Below are positions 1 through 11,945 of a stretch of 64,000 nt of DNA, in pieces (within the stretch, counting starts at the first letter, position 1; every line of letters starts with the position of its first letter). Where the stretch lies: the NCBI GenBank assembly GCA_036785375.1, contig JAWMAR010000001.1:744001-808000 (forward strand), in the 5' to 3' direction. The translations under genes were made by a program, and so were the position numbers. The notes below the pieces were generated by a model. That model searched no databases and was not told where the DNA came from. It saw nothing but the letters and a program-made list of their open reading frames with translations. Origin of the DNA: Leucoraja ocellata. Lineage: Eukaryota.

Positions 1-1029
1 AACTAAACTAATAGGGTCCTTCCACTGCTGGACATTGAGCAGGCTGTTCTTTATTTTTCTTCGTGCTGTGGTAATAAACAGATTCTAAGCAATTTCTGCC
101 TAAAATCCTCTTGAACTCAGCAAACTATATCAATTACTATATCTCTTCATGGCCTTTCATTCTGGCCAGTAAAGAGAAGTAATATCTCTTTGACACTTAA
201 AATAATCCATGACCCAGGAATGACGCAGTGGCACCAAGGTTAAAGCTGCTGTCTCACATGTCCAGTGACTGGGTTCAATGCTGACCTCGGGTGCTGTATG
301 TGTGGAGTTTGTATGTTCTACCTATGACCAGATGAGTTTCCTTCAGTTCTCCAATTGCCTCTCACATTTTTGCATTTTTGCATTTCAAAAATATGTGAAC
401 AGACCGCTGTAAATCAGCTCCTGTATGTGGAGATGGGTAGAATGTGGGAAATTAAAATGTGTTCGGGTAGGTTGGTGTAATGGGGCCCAGAGGATGAAAT
501 GTGGGATTTAGGAGTGGGTTGGTGGAAATATGTCAGCATGAATCACCTATCAAACCACTGCTCAGCTCACCACTCAGCTACAGTAAATGGTAAGCACTGG
601 TTTATTTAGTTTGTTCTGTGTAAATTTTGTTCATATATTTAATTAATTTCCAAAATGTTTAGAACGATTCAACCACCCAATCAATCTCATTGGCACCAAA
701 TTCTAATTATTTCAAAATGTAATTGTTGGAGACTTTAAAAAATAATAAAAAGCTGACGTCAAATATGAATATAAAAGTACTCAACGATTTTGATCTTGCT
801 AAAGTGAAATAAGCTATCTAGGTTGCAGTGCCTGACATTGATATAGAATAGCTAATAGTCCAACATATCAGGACATTTGCCAGACAGAGAAGGTCCCACA
901 TCAGGAGATCTCACCGGACAAAGAAGCTGCATCGTCAGTGACTCGACGACAATGACTTGATGAACTTCTGTAGATCAGTGACATGCAAAACAACTTCTGG
1001 AAGCAAATCCATGAATATTTCTTAATAAT

Positions 1030-1035
1030 TTTATT
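1030..1035 (-). terminator. Polyadenylation signal AATAAA, copy A (a second one lies at 1187-1192)
   Basis: tttatt on the + strand; same position conserved in copy B (21229-21234). Confidence 0.6.
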
Positions 1036-1251
1036 TAGATCCACAATGTATTACATAATAATATACAGCAAAGAACGGAACATTTACAAACAGTAGAATC
1101 TCCCAGTTACAATGATATGTACAATCAGGAGCTCCAGGCCCCTGTCCTTGTATATGAGCAAGTACAGTACAGGTGACAGTGTGTATTTTATTCTGAGTGA
1201 GGTTATCTTGTGTTCACACTGAGTTCAGGTTCTCAGGAGTTTCATTCGTGG

Positions 1252-1284
1252 TTAGTGTCTCCCTCTTGAGTCCTCATTCTGTTC
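1252..1284 (-). CDS. Copy A terminal coding exon EQNEDSRGRH*
   Basis: TTTCAG| acceptor, TAA at 1254-1252; 3'UTR conserved among paralogs. Confidence 0.8.
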   Translation of the reverse strand, partial: EQNEDSRGRH

Positions 1285-4200
1285 CTGAAATTGAGGAAAT
1301 CATGAGTCATTTTATGTTGGACTGAGCTCACACTAACTTCAATCTTTTATCATTTGTTTTAATGATGGTAACGACATGACACAAAGCCTCAGTTTACACT
1401 TACGTTTGAAGACTCCTCCACTGATACCTCTGATGACTTGCTTTTCACCTATTTGACAAGAGATATATTTACAATATTTTAGAATCATGTCCGTACACAA
1501 TGTTTTAATAATTTCAGTTTGTAAATGTGCAACTTGAATCACTTTAAATCTCGGAATACACGGAAGTCACTGGGAATTGCACAATAAACAGTTCACATTT
1601 GAAGTGCAGTGAAGTATTGATATGCTGGGACTCTGAGATCAATTATTACATAATAGAGGTGAGTTATTCCATCAGTTGGTCACGGCTGTGCTGACCTCCG
1701 CCTGACCCCCACTCGCCCATTCCCAGAACAGGTAATTATACACTGTTAAATGGCGACTATGTCTGGGATGCTCCCCTAATTAAGCCACCGGTAACATCAG
1801 TGTACACACCAGGATTGTCCTCAGGAGAAGTGCACTCCCTTTCCTAATTCTATTTCAAAATGAAGCAAAAAAACAAATCCACACTCAAGGTGAAGTTGCC
1901 AATCCTCAGCCACTGAATAGAGAATATCCAATAGCATTTGTGGAACAATATTCTCTCTCCTATATATATCCCTGGACAATGCCGGGATGGGGTAGTGGAC
2001 CCAACACAACAATTCCACATCAGCCCAACTTCCCCACAGGACTCAAAGATCAGAATCCCTTTATAAATGCATTGAGCTGCCATAAAGTAATTGTCTCTCT
2101 CTCCCCATATTTTAATATAGTTGAACCCAAGCTATTAAATGTCTTTAAATGTCAAGATTATCTGAAAAATGGTCTATTTATACTCACGTTGTCTAGAGAC
2201 TCGTTCGATGTTTCTGTTGATTTTTCTGTTGATTTGGATTTGTCCTGTTTGGAAATAATGATTATATATTTAGCACGGGACACTAATTGGTAATTTTGAA
2301 AATATATGAATTGCCATCGGACTCCTGAAACAATCATCTCTTTCTCACCCACTTCCTGGAAGTACTGCCACATACTCTTGATCTTAACTCTACACAATTC
2401 ACTTCATCCGTAATTGTATATTAATTTTTTTCACTGCTTCAGATTGCACTACAGTCTAAAGTTTTGTTTATTGTTGTATTTATCATTATTATGTACATGT
2501 GGTTTACTCTGTAAGCTTCATGTGAGCAAGTAATTTAATTGCACCCTGGTGAATAAAATAAGAAATCTATGACTGTAGTTGAAAAATTGCCAGCATACAC
2601 AGATATTAAATATTGACACAACGTAGTCATTGTAAAATATCTAGATATTTCTGAGTTGCAATTTAGTACGTGGAGAGGTCTGTTATGAAGGCAAATGATA
2701 TGTTGCCTTTGTTACAAGAGAACTTGAGAATACTACAATGATATGGAGCCTTTGTGAGTATTGTGTACAATTTTGGTCTCCTTGCCTTAGAAAGGATATG
2801 CTCGATGCTCTATAAAGTGTGCAGGAACAGTTCTCCAGGCTAGTTCCTGGGATGGTGCATCCATTGTAACATGAGGAACTGAGTAGGCTTAAACCTTTAC
2901 AGGTGAGAAGAATTAGGTGATTTCCTCACAATGAACATAATTATGAAAATGCATAGCAGGGAAGAGAGAGGGGATGTTTCCACATTCTCAGGAGTCTAAA
3001 ATGTAGGATTCAGTCTCAAAATAATGGATGGGTCAATTGGGATTGAGGTGAAGAAAAACCCGAGGAGGTGGAACTTTCAAAATCTCTAACCCAGAGAGTC
3101 GTGCAGGCTCAGTCATTGACTTTAGTCAGAACATAAATTGATAGGATTTCTGGCTGTTCATGGAATGAACGGTTACAGTGTTTATTCAGTAAAGTGGTGT
3201 TGAGATGGAAGATAATATTCAAAGACCACTCAGTATCCTCCTTTAACAGCTTAGAACAGGCATATTATGAGGTGAAATCCTTCCACTTTATTCCGATAGA
3301 TCAATCTAGGTTTTATACCATAATGTAGTTGAGAATCAAGAGCTAATAATTCAAAATTAAACTTACGTTTGAAGATTCTTCCAGTGAAGTTTCTTTTGAC
3401 TTGCTTTCCACCTGTATGAAAACATTAACATTTACAAAATTAGCACAGCATCTACCTGGTCAGTAACATGCATACATAGATTGTTCCCTCCAAATGGTAG
3501 ACTGGAATATCGAATTATCAATGTGGGATTGTTTATTCTACATTCCCAAGTGTTGATTCAATTAGGTAGTTTTGAACTGAGGAAGCTCAACTAAAAGTTT
3601 CACTTTCTACAGCCCCCCAACATTCAAAAGAATGCCTGGTAAAGTGGTTGTGCAGAGTCAATGGATATTCTTAAGGCAGGGTGACGGGCATCAATTGCCA
3701 TCTGTTTTAATGAACTTTGGTTTCACTCCATGAAGGATTTGTGCTCATTGACTATAATTGGTATGAGCTAGGCAGACTGTTGATGCTCATCTCAAATTCA
3801 GTGGAGACCAGACGCTTCATGTACTGCATCAAATATCAGAATCCCTTCCCTACGTATCAGTCTGGGACAACACACTATCTCACTCACTATTCTGAATGGA
3901 ATCGCTAACAATTCATTGCTATTGATTAAGATCAACAAGATCAATTATTGGACAAATACTAATTAATACTCACATGTGCAGATTTCTCCAACGAAGACTC
4001 TTTTGATTTGCTTCGAGTCTGTATACAAAAAATATTTACATTTAGGTCTTTAGAACAGGACACCAAAGAAATGTTTTGTGAATGATCTCATGTGTTAGAA
4101 ATCCCACTGCCCTAATGTGTATAACTGTGTGGTTACCTCAATACTGGTTTCACTAGATTCTATTGAGTCACTCTCGCTGTCAATGGTCTTCAGACCTTCA

Positions 4201-5857
4201 CACTCCACATCGACTACAGCAACTTTATCAGCAAAATATTCCACGCGGCTTTTGCAAAACCCTTTCTCCTGTGAAAATAAAGCAAAATGCAGGGAAATTA
4301 TTGATGACTCCAAGCGCAACTTTGAATCAAAGTGATTACGATATAACACAATTCTCAGTCTTTTTTTGTAGGTATGGTAATTTCTATAAAATAATCTGTG
4401 ATTATATTCCTTTCTGTGATGTTACCCAATACACACAGGGATTTAAATGCTTTAAAATATAACTCTGAACTTACAGCAATCCTTTTAGGGCGGAAGGTGC
4501 AACTGGAATCATCAAATTCCTGTCCAGAATTCTTGGAGCAGACGGTTTCTTTCACGGTGAATGTTAAATCCACGTTGTATGACAGTTTACCTGTACGATA
4601 AGTCTGATGAAAAGAAAATAGTTTATTGATAAGTCTTATATCTGGTGTTATTACAATGGTCTGATAAAGCTTAGAACTACCTTACTCTTATAACTAGATA
4701 GGGCTCTTTAAAATAGCGGAGTCAGGGGATGTGGGGAGAAGGCAGGAACATGGTACTGATTGGGGATGATCAGCCATTATCACCTTGAATGGCGGTGCTG
4801 GCTCGAAGGGCCGAATGTCCTACTCCTGCACCTATTGCCTATTGTCTTTTACCCAGGCCTTTTCTTCAGCAGATGATTACATTGGCGGTGCCAGCATTAA
4901 CACCCATAATGAGCAAGAAACTTAATTTGCCCAAAGGTATAATTACAACCTTTATTCCAAAACATTCATCTAGTCCAAAATTTCCAGAGTTAAGTATAGA
5001 TTTTGGATTTAAATTCTTGATCTGATATGCATTAAAAACTGCTAATATCAAGCTCATGCTTAGTAATTAACCTCTTATGTTTATATAATATCACACACCT
5101 AATCTAATTAAAGAAAATAGACACAAAAAGCTGGAGTAACAGTAGCGGAACAGGCAGCATCGCTGGAGAGAAGGAATGAGTGTTGTCAGGGTCTCGACCC
5201 AAAACGTCATGTATTCCTTCTCTCTAGTGATTCCTGTCCTGCTGAGTTACTCCAGCTTTTTGTGTCTACCTTTAGTATAATCCAGCATCTGCAGTTCCTT
5301 CTTGCACACCTAATCTAATTAAAAAGGGTGAGGCTATTCAACCCCTCGGTTCTATACTGTATCAATCCCATCTGTCCTATTCCTCCTCTCTTTGTTGCCC
5401 TGCAACCCTTCAACCTATTCTATCCCTCACATGCCTATCAGTTCCCCTGATGCTTTCTGCCATTCATTTACCCCAGGCACAGGTTAAAGGAGACAACTAA
5501 CTTGCTCATCCCTACAGAGCCGAGTATGTGAAACACAATTAAACCAGGGTACACTTACAGTTGTTACACCTCTCCTGGTGATCGCACACAGGTTGGTGAT
5601 CTCGGTGATTTCATTCAGTTTTGCAACTGAGGCTCTCAGAGCATCCTTGGTGCTTGGCACTCCTGCAGAGAGAGAAGGAAAGTTGTAGAAATCATTCCAA
5701 CAAAGAGCAGCGAATACTTTTTACACATTGGTGAATTATCGCTGACAGAAGATCATTACCAGTAACTCGTTACTTTCTGAGGCCCTCCCTCTCCCCAGTA
5801 CCTACCTGAGCAGTGGAGGATCTGCACGGCAGCGATGACGAGGAGGAAGGATTTCAT
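1252..5857 (-). CDS. SPP2: Secreted phosphoprotein 24 (SPP2)-like gene, copy A; 9 coding exons, 213 aa
   Basis: Exons 5857-5806, 5662-5559, 4603-4475, 4268-4137, 4018-3974, 3411-3367, 2244-2188, 1448-1404, 1284-1252, all GT-AG, join into one open frame: MKSFLLVIAAVQILHCSG VPSTKDALRASVAKLNEITEITNLCAITRRGVTT TYRTGKLSYNVDLTFTVKETVCSKNSGQEFDDSSCTFRPKRIA EKGFCKSRVEYFADKVAVVDVECEGLKTIDSESDSIESSETSIE TRSKSKESSLEKSAH VESKSKETSLEESSN DKSKSTEKSTETSNESLDN VKSKSSEVSVEESSN EQNEDSRGRH*. The motifs DAL.ASV.K.N, F...ET.C.K.SG, C.F, C.S.V and V...C followed by a Ser-rich tract match SPP2 as I recall it. The symbol denotes family membership, not proven orthology. Confidence 0.85.
1404..1448 (-). CDS. Copy A micro-exon VKSKSSEVSVEESSN
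   Basis: 45 nt, AATAG| and |GTAAGT. Confidence 0.8.
2188..2244 (-). CDS. Copy A micro-exon DKSKSTEKSTETSNESLDN
   Basis: 57 nt with an internal 12-nt duplication, AACAG| and |GTGAGT. Confidence 0.8.
2660..3205 (+). mobile_element. Degenerate CR1 remnant in a copy A intron
   Basis: Decayed CR1 3' region; homologous remnant at about 22980-23520 in the same intron of copy B. Confidence 0.6.
3367..3411 (-). CDS. Copy A micro-exon VESKSKETSLEESSN
   Basis: 45 nt phase 0-0, TACAG| and |GTAAGT. Confidence 0.8.
3974..4018 (-). CDS. Copy A micro-exon TRSKSKESSLEKSAH
   Basis: 45 nt phase 0-0, TACAG| and |GTGAGT. Confidence 0.8.
4137..4268 (-). CDS. Copy A exon 4 (C...C plus Ser-rich tract)
   Basis: 132 nt, TTTTCACAG| acceptor, |GTAACC donor. 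Confidence 0.9.
4475..4603 (-). CDS. Copy A exon 3 (ETVC...C)
   Basis: 129 nt, AG/GTAAGT bounded, conserved in all three copies. Confidence 0.9.
5559..5662 (-). CDS. Copy A exon 2 (cystatin-fold helix)
   Basis: CTGCAG| acceptor, |GTAAGT donor, 104 nt restores phase 0. Confidence 0.9.
5806..5857 (-). CDS. Copy A exon 1, signal peptide MKSFLLVIAAVQILHCS(G)
   Basis: ATG at 5857, hydrophobic core, phase-1 donor G|GTAGGT. Confidence 0.9.
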
Positions 5858-5947
5858 TCTGTCTTGTGTGGGATCAGCCGGCTGGGTTCTCAGAGTAAAG
5901 TTATTGCTTCTCTCTCTCGATCTGCCTTCACCTCGCTGCCTTCGGTC

Positions 5948-5994
5948 TTTATACCCTGCACCTCCACCACATTCAAACACTGACTCATGTTTGC
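5948..5994 (-). promoter_or_regulatory. Copy A core promoter: TATAAA (5953-5948), AP-1 TGACTCA (5981-5987), FOX-like TGTTTGC (5988-5994)
   Basis: TATA about 90 nt upstream of the ATG; motifs identical in all three paralogs. Confidence 0.7.
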
Positions 5995-8934
5995 TCAGTA
6001 TGTTGGTCGTGGGCGCCGGAATCAGATGAAAGGTGGGCTCCATTTATGGACAGAGCTTCCTCCCCACGTCAGCATCGTGTTTAGATTTTGTGGCAGAGGC
6101 ATGATATCAGATTTTATTCCTCAGAATATGAAATAATAAATTCACCGAAGGGAAGAAACAATCAACTAACTTGTACAAATTTATTTGCAGTGCACTGCCA
6201 ATGCCCCAGGAATGTACTGGAATTTCCAGAATACTGCTGCAGGAAACATGAGCAATGTCAGCAAAACCATGGAGCTGGTCACTGGAGGTGGCAAAACCAT
6301 GGAGCTGGTCAGAAAACGAGGTGGAGTACCCACCCTTGTCTATGTCAATGGGGCTGAAGTGGAGATGATCAAGGGGTTCAAATTCCTAGGCATTGATATC
6401 ACCAACAATTTGTTCTGAGCAACCACATTGAAGTGACGGCCAGAGGACACACCAGTAAGGACCATCAACATATTTCAAATAAATACTTAATAATTCTAAC
6501 ATATGCACCATAGAAATTATTACATCATGATGCAACACAACTTGACACCAGTTCTGCCCAAGACCACAAGAAATTGCAGGGATTTCAGAGTGTGGCCAAT
6601 TACAATACTCATTGGCTCATTGACTCCATGTACAGCAAACATAATCAAGAACCAACTCAGCGGGATCGCCTTGATGTTCCTGCTGCATAGCTCGCTGGGA
6701 TCCTCTTGACATGCCGCTCACCAGGATCCTGGAGTAACTAAGAAGAAGGATCTGAAGAAGGGTCCCAACCCGAAACATCATCTATGCCTGTTCTTCAAAA
6801 ATACTACCTGACCCACTGTTACTCCAGCATTTTGGATCTTTCCTCGGTAAAACAACATCTTCTGTTCCTTGTTTCTACATTCTTCCCCATTGTTATCAAA
6901 CTCTGGAACAGATCTCCCATATGCTGGGGATGAATTTACACTCTTCCAATCTACCTCATTGTGCAACTTGCATTTTTTTAAACCCACGCTTTCTCTGTAG
7001 CTGTAACACTATATTCTGCACTCTGTTTATTTTCTCTTTTACATTACCTCTTATAAATTGTTCAGGAGCCTGAAGGTTGTTGGGAAGAAGCTATTCTCGA
7101 ACTGGGAAGTTTCCAGACTCCTATACCTTCTTCCCGATTATAAGTGACAATAATAAACTAATTCCAAGGAATGTGTTTGAGGTGGCTGAGACTGAGAGGA
7201 TTCAGGGTCAATATTTAGACCAAAAATAGACACAAAGTGTTGGAATAACTCAACGGGTCAGGCAGCATCTCTGGAGAAAATGGATGGATGACGTTTCTTC
7301 CTACTGGGGAAGGGTCTTGAATCAAAATGTCGTCCATCCTTTTTCTCCTTTAACCTGCTGAGTTATTCCAGCACCTTGTGTCTATCTTTGATATAAATCA
7401 GCACCTGCATTCTTCCACTCCACCACAGACTCTGGTGGCGCCAGAGGACAGGAGATGTACAGTTTCCCAAAATAAACTCAGTAGTTTTGAGCCAGTAATT
7501 CCAACCGCAGTTATACAGAGCTACAGAAACAAGACCAGCGACAAAATTATTAACCATTCAGATGTATTTCTAAAGGAAATTCAGCAGAGGTTTTTAAATC
7601 GCTTTTGACCAATGTTTGAGATATTTCATGGGGCAGTGTGGTCGAAGTGGTGTACATGAACGTTCAAAGGGTGCTTGGTAAAATGCCTGAAGCAAACTTA
7701 TCATCCCAAATGAAGCCATGGAATAAATGGACAGAAAGAGTGTGGATACAGATAGAGGCTGAGAATCTGAAGGGGAGGAACTGAAAAGCTGTGTCGAGGC
7801 ACACATCGGTAACATTTTGAAAAAGTGTGCACAAAAAGTTGTGCACACTTCCCAGTCCATCACCGGCTCTGAGCTTCGGCACTGACCTTCCCGCCATTGA
7901 AGGGATTTACCGAAATCGTTGCCTCAAAAAGGCAGCCAGCATAATCTGAGACCCACACCACCCTGGTCTCACAGTCCTTTCACCCCTGCCATCGGGAAGA
8001 AGATACAGGAGCCTGAAAACTGTAACGTCCAGGTTCAGGGACAGCTTCTTCCCAACAGCTATTCGGAAATTAACACTACAACCTCAAATCAGCTGAATAG
8101 ACTATTATTGTTATTATTGCACTATTATTGGGTTTTATTGTGTGTGTACGTATGTGTGCGTCTGCAACAGAGAGATGAAGGAAAGAATTGTACAAGTACA
8201 GAGCTAATCTTCCAGACATTTCAGTTCTCTGTCTCGCTCTCTCTCTGACATCTCCATCATCAACACTTTTGTATAAGCCTGAGGAACAGCACAACATCTT
8301 CTCACCCGGCCTTCCTGACTCAGCATTGAGGCCAATATTTTCAGACCATAAGCAATTCCAACATGTTTAATCCAGATTCCCTATACCCCCCTACATTCCT
8401 CTGGTAAATTCAATCAGTATACGTCCCAATTACTCAACTTTCATTTCTTCTGTTGCTTTGCTTGCTCTCATGCAATTATCTCTTATCTTGTGCTCTCAAA
8501 CTTCTTTTCCTTTAACCCCTTCTGGCTTTCACTCCACCCATGTCCCTTCCTTCCTTCTGCCTTCCCCTTTCCCCTAGATCTGTGTCTGAGAAGTTGTTTT
8601 TCCTCTGACTCTCCGGAGAAATTATCTGACTATCTCTGAATCATTAGTGGGTGATGCCCCACCTAGCGCACAGCCCGTGGTCTGACCTAACCCTGGTCCC
8701 CCCCATTCAGATAGAGTTAGAGAGTCTGAAAGAGCGATAGTGTGATTCAATGATTCAAAAATTAATTGGAGCTGATAACTAGGGTGAAACAAATATTGAG
8801 ACTTTGGATACAGCGGTCCTTCTCGACAACTGGTTGAATCCTTCAGGTGTGAGGTGCTCTGAAAGCAGCCGAACCTGGCGTAGGTGTGGCTCCTCCATCC
8901 TGGTGTTCACACAAGCCGGATTCCTGTTCATCAC

Positions 8935-9228
8935 TACAGTTGTACAGGGCCCTGGTGAGACCACACCTATTGTTTGCAGTTTTGGTCACCAAATTTGAGG
9001 AAGACATTCTTGCTATTGAGGGAGTGCAGCGTAAGTTCACGAGGTTAATTCCCAGGATGAGCGGGACTGTCATATGTTGATCGAATGGAGTGACTGGGCT
9101 TGTATACACTGGAATTTAGAAGGATGTGAGGGGATCTTATTGAAACATATTAATTATTAAGGGCTTGGATACGCTAGAAACATGTTCCCGATGTTGGGGT
9201 GTCCAGAACCAGGGGCCACAGTTTAAGA
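8935..9228 (+). mobile_element. CR1-type LINE fragment
   Basis: LYRALVRPHL...EGVQRKFTRLIP. Confidence 0.75.
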
Positions 9229-9538
9229 ATGTATTGCTGACTGTGTGAGCAGTTGCTATCACTGGAAGACAATTATCTTGTTGCCAATCATAACTTGCAT
9301 CCTCAACAGAAACTATTGGAATTGGATAGGCAGCTGTTTCTGATGAAATGCATGGCTCAACAATGCATGTTCACCAAGAATTCAAAAGCTAACATTGCTT
9401 GTAATGAAGCTATCCTTTGATCGTTATCTGTATGGGTCAGTATATGTTTAGTACAGTGAAGAGCTTTGTTGCTTTTTTCTTCCAAAGACGGATTGGGCGA
9501 AGATTTGAGCTTGAGTCCCTGCAAATTGTCCAGAGTCC

Positions 9539-10283
9539 CAAATGTTTCTCCCATCTGTGATAAATGTCTATCTCAAAACGCTACTATAGTACACTCTTTT
9601 GTCTCTTGCATAAAACTTCAAAAATTCTGGTATGAAATTTTTGGAATTTTTACAAAACTATTTGAAATAAAATTGAAGCCCAAAGCAGAACTGATTATCT
9701 TTGGATCAATGAAAGACGGATGTAAGCTGACTTCATTTCAAAAATGTCTACTTAATTATGGCTTAATAACGGCAAAAAAAAAACTTAAATTCTGGGAAAA
9801 TGCACCTACACCGCCGCTCAAAATGTGGATTTGAAACATGTTGGAAATGTTACACCTTGAAGATATGAGATTCCTCCTATCAGGCAAATCAGACCAATTC
9901 TTAAAGATTTGGTCTCCATTTATCGACTTATTACAAGTATGTGGTGCAACACAACCTTAGAAATTAATTGTGTCATAACCAGGCGAAGGGTGGGTAAAGA
10001 TACGAAGGAGGCATATCCCTTTCAATTTCTCTCTTTTTCCCCCCTTTCTCTTTCTCTCTCCTCTATTCTTTCTCTTTCTGCTTATTTCACATCACCTTCT
10101 TCTTTCCTTTTTCGAGCTGTATAATATTCTCTATCTCTATATTTCTTGCTCTTCTTACTCTTTTTTTCTACTATTAAATTTAAAATAAGAAGTTGTACAT
10201 GAAATGTAATATGTTATTTATCTTATATTATTGTACATCACTTCTAATAAAAATATTTATTAAAGAATAAAAAAATAAATAAA
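9539..10283 (+). mobile_element. 5'-truncated L1/Tx1-type LINE with A-rich tail and 16-bp TSD
   Basis: C-terminal zinc-knuckle-like CDKC...H..SC..LQKFW; TSD aaattgtccagagtcc at 9523-9538 and 10284-10299. Confidence 0.85.
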
Positions 10284-11189
10284 AAATTGTCCAGAGTCCA
10301 CAATCCCGGCAACACGAATGTATCGGAGCCGACAGGATGAAATATAGGGTTCAGGAGTGGGTTGGTGGAGCGAAGCCAGCATGAATCACCTCTCAGACCA
10401 CTGCCCAGCTCACCACACAGCTAAATGGTTTATTTAGTTTGTTTTGTTGACTTAAGTGAATACATTTAATTAATTTCTAAAATGTTTCAAACGATTCTAC
10501 CACCCACACATAATAATGTAAACTAACTAACTAATAAATTACAGTGGCTAATTAACCCATCGACCTGCACATCTTTGGGATGTGGGAGGAATCTGGAGCA
10601 CCCAGGTTAAACCCAAGCAGTCACAGGCAAACATACAAATTCCACATAGATAGCACTGGAAGTCAGGATTAAACTGCAACTGTGTGGCAGCAGCTCTACC
10701 CACTGCACCATTGTAAATTGTTGAAGTATTCACCCACTGTGCATCCACGGAAGAAGAGAGAAAATACTGAAGCTGCTACATTAAGGCAGATGCTCATTTC
10801 AATAAAATCTAATCCCTAATTACACTCCCACTCATTTCTTTGGCCCCAAAAATCTCATTCATTCAAAACATAATTGTTGGAGATTTTAAACTAAATAAAT
10901 ACCTAATGTCAAATATGAACATCAAACAACGAAAAGATTTCAATCTTGCTGCAAGTGAAATAAGTTATCCAGGAAGCAGTGCCTAATGTCAAACTAAAGC
11001 AGCAAATGGACCAACACTGTAGGCAGTGGACCAGTTAAAAAAAGTCCCATGTCAGGAGTCCCACACCAGGCAATCCCACTGGAAAATTGAGCTGCACTAT
11101 CAAGGACAGACAGGTTGATGCAAAAGCAATGACTGGATTAACTCCTCTAGATCACTGACATGCAAAACAACTCACAAAGAAAATAGATT

Positions 11190-11400
11190 TATAGAGTCAT
11201 AGAGTGATACAGTGTGGAAACAGGCCCTTTGACCCAACTTGCCCACACCGGCCAACATGTCCCAGCTACACTAGTCCCACCTACCCGCATTTATTCCATA
11301 TATGTTCAAACCTGTCCTATCCATGTACCTGCCTAACTGTATATTAAATATTTGGATAGTCCCTGCGTCAACTACCTCCTCTGGCAGCTTGGTCCATACT
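11190..11400 (-). mobile_element. CR1-type LINE 3' end
   Basis: Translates VW.KLPEEVV.AGTI..F..LGRYMD; short tandem tail. Confidence 0.7.
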
Positions 11401-11940
11401 TCAGATTCAGATTCAGATTCAATTTTAATTTTCATTGTCAGTGTACAGTACAGAGACAACGAAATGCATTTAGCATCTCCCTTGAAGAGCGACATAGCAA
11501 ACGATTTGAATAAAAAATAATAAGTGTCCGGGGGGGGGGTGGTGATTGGCAGTCACCGAGGTACGCCGGAAAGAAGCTGTTCCTCGACCTGCTGGTTCGG
11601 CAACGGAGAGACCTGTAGCGCCTCCTGGATGGTAGGAGGGTAAACTGTCCATGGTTGGGGTGAGAGCAGTCCTTGGCGATGCTGAGCGCCCTCCGCAGAC
11701 AGCGCTTGCTTTGGACAGACTCAATGGAGGGGAGCGTGGAACCGGTGATGCGTTGGGCAATTTTCACCACCCTCTGCAATGCCTTCCGGTCGGAGACAGA
11801 GCAGTTGCCATACCATACTGTGATGCAGTTGGTAAGGATGCTCTCGATGGTGCAGCGGTAGAAGTTCACCAGGATCTGAGGAGACAGATGGACCTTCTTC
11901 AGTCTTCTCAGGAAGAAGAGACGCTGATGAGCCTTCTTAT
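11401..11940 (-). mobile_element. Rex/Babar-type LINE 3' portion with (GAATCT)n tail
   Basis: KKAHQRLFFLRRLKK...FYRCTIESILT...RRYRSL; tail at 11401-11420. Confidence 0.8.
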
Positions 11941-11945
11941 TACTT

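Noticed and set aside
1339-1542. The shifted (KQVIRG...) frame as the true frame of the A/B micro-exons
   Set aside because: Exon 4 ends in phase 0, substitutions are synonymous in the S/E frame, and the shifted frame hits TGA in exon 22253-22197.
5756-6043. ORF-track proteins 5756-6043 and 26099-26359 as single-exon genes
   Set aside because: They run through the promoter and intron 1; only the MK.FLL...CSG part is the real exon 1, bounded by a GT donor.
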